In this document: piece by piece, positions 56,702-64,000 of the stretch | Layout of the letters: every line of letters begins with the position of its first letter | How positions within the stretch are numbered: position 1 is the stretch's first letter | Assembly: GCA_903900335.1 (NCBI GenBank) | Contig: CAIUMP010000024.1 | Location: 22,774 to 86,773 of the forward strand | Length of the DNA stretch: 64,000 nt | Source: an uncultured Ignavibacteriota bacterium | GTDB taxonomy: Bacteria > Bacteroidota > Ignavibacteria > Palsa-1295 | Direction of reading: 5' to 3' | Translations under genes and position numbers: made by a program | Notes under the pieces: model-generated | Database searches by the model: none | What the model was told of the DNA's origin: nothing | The model's input: only the letters and a program-made list of their open reading frames with translations

Positions 56702-59700
56702 ATGAAGTTACGGGAATCGGGGAAAGCGATATTCATCTGCGCGCGTAGCGTGCTGGTGGTGATCTCGCTTTCGATCATCGTTCCTATAATTTCCTCAGCG
56801 CAGGACTGCGCTCGGAATATGCTTTCGATCAACGGGGCAGGCTCCTACGTGCAGACACCGGACGTGCAGGCGCTGCATCTCGCACACGGCTTTACGATCG
56901 AGTGCTGGGCGAAGCAAAGTAGCATTTCCAGCTTTCCAGCGCTGATCGATAAGGGCAACGGAGCGACGTCATTCTGGGGGATCTACTTTGATACGTCTTC
57001 GGCCGTCTTCGGTGCGCTGCGTCATTCCGCCGCGCCGATCCACCTCTATTCACAGCCGCTGGACTCTCCGAACGTCTGGCACCACTACGCCTTCGTTTTT
57101 CGTCCGAATGACAGTCTGTATCTCTACATCGATACTCTTGAAGCAGCAAGTGCAAGCGCCAAGGGAATGGCTGATATCGACACCAGTAAGGACAACATTC
57201 GAGTCGGTGCCAGTGGCGCTGGCTCGAGCCTCCTCGGAGCGATCGACGAAGTAAGGATCTGGAATGTCCCTCAAACGCTATCGCAGATCAAGAGCAACCT
57301 CTTTCGAACGCTGGGCACAGGCGATTCTACGCTGGTTCTCTATTACTCATTCGACGACGAGGCCGGAGCCACGCACATTCATGATTTTTCAGGCCACGGT
57401 CGTGATGGCTACTTGCGGGGTTCGTATTCCGGTATCGTCCCATCCTCGTCACCGATGCAAGGATCCTCGCACGGCTTTAGCTTAGGTGCAAAAGAACTGA
57501 AAGTCGAGATCCCAAGCAAGAGATGCAATCCATCATTCGACACGATCATTCATATTCGCAATGTCGGGACTCAGCCTCTCGTGGTGAATTCGTACGGTTT
57601 CTATCTAGGCAAGTCTTTCTCGATCATCGCCAACTTTCCGATCACCCTGCCCGCCGACAGTACTTATTCTTATCCGTTGCAGCTTCATTTTTCTCCTTCG
57701 GGCGGCGGCTCTTACGATGACTCTATCTACATTTCCAGCGGAGATGAATGTGCTGGGACGCTGCGCATCGGAATACACGCCACGTATGATAGCGTAGGAC
57801 TGAGCTGCAATCCCGCTGTACTGAATTTCGGTCCTCGTACCCAGTGCCAGCTCCCCGAGCGGCAATCGATGACCGTCTATAATACAAGCTCGACCGACTC
57901 CGTCACGATCTTGTCGCAGTCGATTCCTGCTGGCTCGGGCCTGAGCATAGTTACTCCGCTTCCACTTGTCGTGCAACGTAACGACTCAGCACAGCTCGTG
58001 GTACAACTTGTGCGAGGCAATCGGGGTCCGGTAAGCGCGAAGCTATCGGTGTCGTTGGATAAGTGTTCACGGCTGGCCTCGGTGACTGTTCTAGGCATTC
58101 GAGAGCTGGCAGAGATCAGCGTTCCACCGACGATCAGCTTCGGGACGTTTCAGAGCAGCCTCGCAGGCGTAAGCCGAGATACCATCGTAACGGTGACCAA
58201 CACCGGAGATGTTCAGGAGAACATTCTCAATGTCTCGGCTCTTCCAACCGGGTTACTTAGCCTTTTAGACGGAAGAAAAGGCATCAGCCTTTCGCCAGGA
58301 GATACTGCACAGATCAGAGTGCGGATGTTCGCTACGTCCTGCGGCCACTTTTCAGCTACACTCCACGTGCAAGGCGGACTTAGTTGCGTTATGGATACGG
58401 CATGCATACTAAACATGGATGTCACGCCACCCCAGGCTCTGTTTGCACCAGCGATGAATGCTGGACGTGTGTGTACGTATCATGATGATACGCTGCTGGT
58501 TACGAACCCGAATAACTATGCAGTTCAGTTTGACACAGTCACGTTCGCAGACAAGGTCGTCTTCTATGCCGACCCGGTGCAGCTCTTTTGGCATTCCCAG
58601 TTGGCACCTCATCAAGTGCTACGAATACCGATCCGCTTCTTTCCCCCTCCACAGCCTGGAGATTATGTTGACACCGCTTATCTGCACATGTCGCCATGTG
58701 GAACAGGAATAGTGATCCTTACCGGGACTTTGGGATTTAAGGATCTTACCACGACGCCCAATTCGCTCAACTTTGGTCGAGGGTGTGACACTGCCACCAC
58801 TTCTCGGACGGTGACCATTTTCAATGGTTCGCAACAGCCGATTTCGCTGGTTGATAGCATCCATACAGGATCGCAACGGTTTGTCATCGCACCTACTCCT
58901 TTGCCTCTGACATTGCAGCCCGGGCAGGTTCGGACGATCTCGGTCACCTATACACCAAGGCTTGGTACCAAGGACACTGGCTCCTTCAATCTCCTTTCTT
59001 CAGACGGATGTCCTATTGTTGTAATACCGCTGCGCGGCTCTCGGGAGAAAGCATCGGTTCAATGGCCTTTGGCCTCGGGTGAATTCGACACCGTTTGCCC
59101 TGGCGAGACAAAGGTGATTTCAATTCCCTTGATCAACGCCGGTGTTGACACGATTAATATTGTCAAAGCCTCGGTCAGCGGTGTTGGCTTTTCGCTTGAT
59201 AGTGTGCCCACGGCGCTTGGTCCCAGTGGGACGATTCGCGTGCGATTTGCACCGCTTGTCCGTTCAGACTACACTGGGGGCCTTCAGCTGACGGGAGATA
59301 AGTGCGGGACAGCGTTCTCCCTTCCGCTGCATGGATCAGCCGGTCCAGCCCCATCCATCACGCCGATCGAAAGCCAACACGATTTCCGTTCGGTCCTCGC
59401 TGGAGATTCGGTCGAGTATTGTCTGCCCATCACGAATCCGAGTTGCACTGCAATCCCACTCACGGTGAGTGGTCTTGCTTCCACTCCATTTACCATCGTT
59501 GGAAGCTCGGGCCTCAGCGGACTCTCGCGAGGTGACACCGCTCACATTTGTGTCCGGTATCGGCCAACCGGACATGACACTTCCGTCGCGATTCTTTTTG
59601 TTCGATCCGACAGTGCACCAACACAATCGCTCTCCCTCCACGGCGTCGGGCTTGCGGCCGACGTGCGACTTGATAAGCACCTACTGGATTTCGGATACGT

Positions 59701-61273
59701 GTTGCGCAACACCTCAAAGCAGGACACGATCGTAATTTCAAATGTTGGCAACTATCCTGCAACCATCACAGCGTCCAAAGGAAGGCCCCAGTTTGTCTCA
59801 ACACTTCGTTCGACGATAGGAACACTGATGCGGGATAGTTTGCTCATTTCATTCACCCCGTCATCCATAGGATTACTGGTTGATACAATACCAATCAATT
59901 GGAATGGACACCTGGACACGGTCATCGTTCGGGGATACGGGACGGATGCTGGTTTGCAACTGAGCTCCGTTGGTGTTGACTTCGGCGACGTGCACGTTGG
60001 TCATGACTCGACACGAACGCTCGTTCTTACTGCGACGAATGTTTTCCCACGCGTTGATAGTTTTAGCGTCGCATTTGAAGCGGTGGATTCATTTACTGTG
60101 AGGTGCGATAGTGGCCTGCCATTCCGGATCGGAACCTCGCAAGATACGCTTGCGATCGGAGTTACTTACCATGCGCATTTGGAGCAGAGAGACACTGGTA
60201 TACTGTCCATTTACACAGATGCAGGTGTCGTGGCTGTACCGCTAACCGGCCGTGGAGTGGAGGCCCATCCTCGAGTGAATATTTTGAGGATTGACTTCAC
60301 ACCCGCAACGATTGGCGACCCCAGCCCGCCAAACCAGCCGATCAGCATAACGATGCACGACTCGGGTGGATATGAGGTATTCGTTCACGCAATTGCACAG
60401 GACGCGAACTTCTCCATTGGGCCGGACCTCCCGTCGATTCCTATTCTGGCAGACTCTTCGCGGGTTTTCGCAATCACATTTCACCCAACGCGAGCGCGGA
60501 AACTGACACACGTTCTTCAATTCACAACTTCTTCGCCGGATGCCATACCGCCAATCTTGCTGACCGGCACAGGACTTTATCCTGCTGGACAGGGTCCAAG
60601 CTTCGGATTCAGTGTTGCATCCGAGACTGTGAATGCCGGTGACCGTTTTTCGATTCCGATCATGCTGAATGGCATTCGGCTGGATAAGATCGACGCAGAC
60701 AGCCTCCTATTCCGCCTGCACTATGACCCGGCGATGCTTGCGCTACATGGCGTCACACCTAACATTCCTGGCCAGACTGCGCGACTGGACCGTATCGATG
60801 ACAGCACTGTTGAGTGTGTACTTGTTGCCTCCTCTTTTGCTACTGGAGAAATTGTGTCGTTGCAGGCCGAGGCCCTGCTCGGACCGCATCCCGTCAGCTA
60901 TATTCGGGTGGATAGTGCTGATCCTTCACCAGACATTCAGCAGCCCGCGACGGACGGCATGATAACCGAACTGGATTGCTTTGGCCCAGTTCAAGGGGTC
61001 ATATTCACTGGCAACTACACCGTCTCGGCGATCAAGCCTAATCCATCCAAAGAGAATGCGGTGTTAGATTTCGAGTTAGGATTGACCGGTTCAGTAACAA
61101 TCAATCTTTACAACACGGTCGGACAGATCGTACGTCGACTTAACTTTGTTGAGTTGAAACAAGGACCTCACTCCGCGAATGTTGATGTCTCGGGACTCCC
61201 GGAGGGCAAGTATGTCTATCAACTAAAGAGCCTTGATTATCACACGGAAGGTTCTCTCATCATTCAGCATTGA
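56702..61273 (+). CDS. Giant secreted LamG-domain adhesin-like protein with many Ig-like repeats and a T9SS C-terminal domain
   Basis: Signal peptide, LamG/Laminin_G_3 signature (LGAIDEVRIWNVPQTLSQIKSN) and more than 10 beta-sandwich repeats. The CTD reads IKPNPSKENAVLDFEL...INLYNTVGQIV...GKYVYQL. Confidence 0.8.
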   Translation: MKLRESGKAIFICARSVLVVISLSIIVPIISSAQDCARNMLSINGAGSYVQTPDVQALHLAHGFTIECWAKQSSISSFPALIDKGNGATSFWGIYFDTSSAVFGALRHSAAPIHLYSQPLDSPNVWHHYAFVFRPNDSLYLYIDTLEAASASAKGMADIDTSKDNIRVGASGAGSSLLGAIDEVRIWNVPQTLSQIKSNLFRTLGTGDSTLVLYYSFDDEAGATHIHDFSGHGRDGYLRGSYSGIVPSSSPMQGSSHGFSLGAKELKVEIPSKRCNPSFDTIIHIRNVGTQPLVVNSYGFYLGKSFSIIANFPITLPADSTYSYPLQLHFSPSGGGSYDDSIYISSGDECAGTLRIGIHATYDSVGLSCNPAVLNFGPRTQCQLPERQSMTVYNTSSTDSVTILSQSIPAGSGLSIVTPLPLVVQRNDSAQLVVQLVRGNRGPVSAKLSVSLDKCSRLASVTVLGIRELAEISVPPTISFGTFQSSLAGVSRDTIVTVTNTGDVQENILNVSALPTGLLSLLDGRKGISLSPGDTAQIRVRMFATSCGHFSATLHVQGGLSCVMDTACILNMDVTPPQALFAPAMNAGRVCTYHDDTLLVTNPNNYAVQFDTVTFADKVVFYADPVQLFWHSQLAPHQVLRIPIRFFPPPQPGDYVDTAYLHMSPCGTGIVILTGTLGFKDLTTTPNSLNFGRGCDTATTSRTVTIFNGSQQPISLVDSIHTGSQRFVIAPTPLPLTLQPGQVRTISVTYTPRLGTKDTGSFNLLSSDGCPIVVIPLRGSREKASVQWPLASGEFDTVCPGETKVISIPLINAGVDTINIVKASVSGVGFSLDSVPTALGPSGTIRVRFAPLVRSDYTGGLQLTGDKCGTAFSLPLHGSAGPAPSITPIESQHDFRSVLAGDSVEYCLPITNPSCTAIPLTVSGLASTPFTIVGSSGLSGLSRGDTAHICVRYRPTGHDTSVAILFVRSDSAPTQSLSLHGVGLAADVRLDKHLLDFGYVLRNTSKQDTIVISNVGNYPATITASKGRPQFVSTLRSTIGTLMRDSLLISFTPSSIGLLVDTIPINWNGHLDTVIVRGYGTDAGLQLSSVGVDFGDVHVGHDSTRTLVLTATNVFPRVDSFSVAFEAVDSFTVRCDSGLPFRIGTSQDTLAIGVTYHAHLEQRDTGILSIYTDAGVVAVPLTGRGVEAHPRVNILRIDFTPATIGDPSPPNQPISITMHDSGGYEVFVHAIAQDANFSIGPDLPSIPILADSSRVFAITFHPTRARKLTHVLQFTTSSPDAIPPILLTGTGLYPAGQGPSFGFSVASETVNAGDRFSIPIMLNGIRLDKIDADSLLFRLHYDPAMLALHGVTPNIPGQTARLDRIDDSTVECVLVASSFATGEIVSLQAEALLGPHPVSYIRVDSADPSPDIQQPATDGMITELDCFGPVQGVIFTGNYTVSAIKPNPSKENAVLDFELGLTGSVTINLYNTVGQIVRRLNFVELKQGPHSANVDVSGLPEGKYVYQLKSLDYHTEGSLIIQH

Positions 61274-62399
61274 CGGCATGCGGCAGCGCAATATCCAATG
61301 GCCTTGAACTCTTCTTTAGTTCTGAGAGTGCCAGTTGTCCGCACGCTGCTTCAATGTCCTTCCCAGAGCTCGATCGGACCATCACTTGAGCACCCTCGTG
61401 TTTGAGAGTGGCAAGGAAGAGATTGAACTCTTCATTTGTGGCTGGCTTAAGAGTCGCGCTAAATCCTGTTGGGTCTGTGAAGTCGATGGGATGAAATGGT
61501 ATGACGTTGATCTTACTAGGCACGCGACGCGCTATCTTTGCCAGGCGCTTGGCATCCAACTCCGTATCATTTAGACCTTGGAAGAGGATGTACTCATAGG
61601 TTATCGGAACTCGAGTAATCTGGTAGTACTCCTCGACGGCAGCAAGCACCTCCTCCAGTGGATAGCGCTTATTGATAGGCATTAGACGAGTCCGAAGACC
61701 ATTCGTAGTTGCGTGAAGACTGAGTGCAAGCTTTACGTCCAACCCTTCCCGGGCAAGCGCACGGATCTCATCCGGAATCCCACTAGTGGAGACAGTTATG
61801 CGCCGTTTCCCGAGCAGGTGCAAGGTCGGATCGGTAAGAATTCTGAGCGCGCGCACGACATTGTCATAGTTCAGCATCGGCTCACCCATTCCCATGAAGA
61901 CGAGATTTGTCACCGGCTCGCCCGCGGCTCGCTCGACCTCGAACAACTGGAGTAATATCTCGCCAGTTGTCAGATTACGTTTAACCTTCAGTGAAGCGGT
62001 CGCGCAGAATTTGCAATCCAGTGGACAGCCCACCTGGGTAGAGACGCACAAGGTCTTCCGTCGGTGATTGCCTGTGTCGTCACGCATCTCGCTTGGTATC
62101 AGTACCGTTTCTATTTGGCGCCCATCTGGAAGGCGAAATAGAAATTTCTTCGTGCCGTCCGACGCGGAGGAGCAATGCTCCGTCACAAGAGAGGGAATAG
62201 TGTAGCGCCCTTCAAGAGCAACGGTGAGTGCGCGAGGCAGCTCCTTGATCTCCTCAAAAGAGCGGGCACGCCGAGCATAGAATCCGAGATAGATCTGTTC
62301 CGCACGATACTTCTCACGAACTCCGAACTCACCCGAAAGCAGTTCACCGAGTTCTTCCCTCGTTCTTCCAAAACAGTCCGGCGTGCTAGTCTGTGTCAT
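61260..62399 (-). CDS. rlmN: 23S rRNA/tRNA (adenine-C2)-methyltransferase, radical SAM
   Basis: CPLDCKFCAT cluster motif, FMGMGEPMLNYDNV and C-terminal GKDIEAACGQL. Its 3' end overlaps the convergent giant gene by 14 nt. Confidence 0.9.
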   Translation of the reverse strand: MTQTSTPDCFGRTREELGELLSGEFGVREKYRAEQIYLGFYARRARSFEEIKELPRALTVALEGRYTIPSLVTEHCSSASDGTKKFLFRLPDGRQIETVLIPSEMRDDTGNHRRKTLCVSTQVGCPLDCKFCATASLKVKRNLTTGEILLQLFEVERAAGEPVTNLVFMGMGEPMLNYDNVVRALRILTDPTLHLLGKRRITVSTSGIPDEIRALAREGLDVKLALSLHATTNGLRTRLMPINKRYPLEEVLAAVEEYYQITRVPITYEYILFQGLNDTELDAKRLAKIARRVPSKINVIPFHPIDFTDPTGFSATLKPATNEEFNLFLATLKHEGAQVMVRSSSGKDIEAACGQLALSELKKSSRPLDIALPHAVNAE

Positions 62400-62635
62400 A
62401 GTCGGTCATCACAACATCCGATTCACAATGCAATTCCCGACAACGGTGCTTCGCGGTGCCGTTTAACAAGGGCTTCGTAAAACGGCGAATTCTGCGAATA
62501 TTGGCCACTTTGGGAAAGCCTCGAATATTTATTCGCAAGAATGGAATTTGGCGTGTAAATCCGTGGATATAATAGTAGATTAAGACCTAACGGTTTTCAA
62601 AACTCATTGTGTTTGGGGTCACAGAGATTGTGTGA

Positions 62636-63607
62636 TTGTCGGTTGTTACTGAGGAGAAGCGCGAAATGGTAATAGCTCGAACGGAATTAGAGGCGGGAAG
62701 CTCGCTCATCGGTTCATCATCTAACGGGATCGCTGCTGGGGCGTCAGCGGCAATGATTTCTCCTGAACGGCCAAAGCGCGTGATCACCACACGTCCTCAA
62801 TTACCGATCAGCGACCAGGAGTTGCGTGCGCGGATCGTGTGGGCGACAATGACAAGCCCTCATTTTCAGCTTGCATATGATCAGTCGGCCTTTGCGGTGC
62901 CCCGAGCAAAACTGATATTAGAAACTCTTGAGTCGGCATACAGCCTCATATTCCATTTCACGCATGAATCTTTTGCGGATCGATTCCAAGTGCATGCGGT
63001 GGATCAGCGTTCGTCAGAATTGCTGGGCCGCGCGGTGCGACCTCATTTCAATTTTGCGGAGCGCGCAATCTACCTCGTCGAGACATCTTCGCAAAACATC
63101 TATGCTGAGCTAATTGAACAGCTAACGCACGCTATGAGGATCGTGCGCTATGCGAAGCACTACGACCATACTCCAGGCTGGGCAACCATGGAAGAGGGCT
63201 TCAGTGTCTTCCTGAATGAACGCTTATCTATTTCTCCCGCAGTGTATCCCTTCTATGGGGCGGACGCCGATGTGATCGCGTACCATATTTACAAGGACCA
63301 CCCGTCGAAGATCGTCGATCTGTGGGCAATACCATCCATTCCCCTGACCGTAACGCAACGGGTGCTAGCGGGAGCGTTCTTCCTTCATCTTGGAAATATT
63401 TATAGCGATGACCAAATCGCCACGTTCTCCAAGAGTGACTACCCGATCACGAGCGAAACCTTCCAGGCGTTCTTTGGAGCGAGGCTCGAGGAATTAGAGG
63501 ATGCTTGGGTCACTCATCTACCTTCGGCACTCATTGCCCTGACGCACGAGGAGATGGATGTTATGCTGCAGAAATGGGAAAGAACGATCGAAGGAAGGTA
63601 CCACTGA
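62636..63607 (+). CDS. Hypothetical protein
   Basis: 323-aa ORF with no confident motif. The start codon is uncertain. Confidence 0.5.
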   Translation: MSVVTEEKREMVIARTELEAGSSLIGSSSNGIAAGASAAMISPERPKRVITTRPQLPISDQELRARIVWATMTSPHFQLAYDQSAFAVPRAKLILETLESAYSLIFHFTHESFADRFQVHAVDQRSSELLGRAVRPHFNFAERAIYLVETSSQNIYAELIEQLTHAMRIVRYAKHYDHTPGWATMEEGFSVFLNERLSISPAVYPFYGADADVIAYHIYKDHPSKIVDLWAIPSIPLTVTQRVLAGAFFLHLGNIYSDDQIATFSKSDYPITSETFQAFFGARLEELEDAWVTHLPSALIALTHEEMDVMLQKWERTIEGRYH

Positions 63608-63613
63608 GGTTAC

Positions 63614-63967
63614 TCAGAGAAGCTCCTCCTCTTCGTCTCCAACGATTTCTTGCTCCACATAGGATTTCACTTCCTGCGCGAGTACCTTTGGAACGAGAAA
63701 GTACTGGTCCGCAGATTTGGGAGCATTCCTAAGAGCATCTTCAACGGTGAGCGAAGGCCATGCTACATCTGCGCGTAGAGCCGATTCCGTTGTAGTGGCT
63801 TCATTCAGATTTTCCAGCGGCTCGACATTCGACACATCGAGCTCACTGAGCTGGTCGATGTAGCCAATGACAGCGTTCAGTTCAGATGTGAGCGCGTCAA
63901 GTTCATGGCTTGCGAATTCCAGTTTTGCGAGTGTTGCGACTTTCTGTACTTCTTCTTTGGTAACCAT
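63614..63967 (-). CDS. gatC: Asp/Glu-tRNA amidotransferase subunit C
   Basis: EEVQKVATLAKLEFASHELDALTSELNAVIGYIDQLSELDVSNVEP is the typical GatC pattern, with a short acidic C-terminal extension. Confidence 0.9.
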   Translation of the reverse strand: MVTKEEVQKVATLAKLEFASHELDALTSELNAVIGYIDQLSELDVSNVEPLENLNEATTTESALRADVAWPSLTVEDALRNAPKSADQYFLVPKVLAQEVKSYVEQEIVGDEEEELL

Positions 63968-64000
63968 GGTAGTGTCTTAGTCGAGAAACGGGCCCTGCGA

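Overview
The window looks like a chromosomal segment from an FCB-superphylum bacterium (Ignavibacteria/Chlorobi/Bacteroidota-like). The taxon is inferred only from gene content and from several large secreted proteins that end in T9SS-type C-terminal sorting domains. Most of it is ordinary core genome: ribE, an SDR, PBP2 (mrdA), a histidine kinase, comM, a complete queE-queF-queD-queC operon, an lptD-like gene, tilS, ftsH, rlmN, gatC, BNR/Asp-box and LamG T9SS cargo proteins, and an ECF sigma/anti-sigma/OmpA/giant-adhesin cluster. The main finding lies at the 3' end of the class II (B12-dependent) ribonucleotide reductase gene nrdJ (33210-36761). The last ~57-61 nt of nrdJ, which encode the Cys-rich tail [19 protein letters not shown], occur four times as direct repeats (36702, 37323, 37988, 38581). 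The three intervals between them each hold one compact two-gene toxin-antitoxin-type cassette: DUF4258+MqsA-like, RelE/ParE-type killer+antidote-like, and DUF4160+DUF2442. The only strong terminator follows the fourth copy. This resembles an integron-like or tRNA-island-like cassette array that uses a protein-coding gene tail as its attachment site, and no recombinase is visible. Downstream (38.7-52.4 kb) is a mosaic accessory/defence region. It contains a GmrSD-type DUF262/DUF1524 nuclease and ~145-bp direct repeats bracketing a 1.1-kb segment. It also contains a perfect 32-bp inverted repeat, three genes of unknown function, and an IS200-like/RAYT transposase flanked by inverted REP hairpins that has disrupted a DNA methyltransferase gene. 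An OLD-family/PARIS-like ATPase-TOPRIM nuclease and a tRNA-Asn 3'-half remnant, a likely integration scar, complete the region. No rRNA genes, intact tRNA genes or CRISPR arrays were seen.
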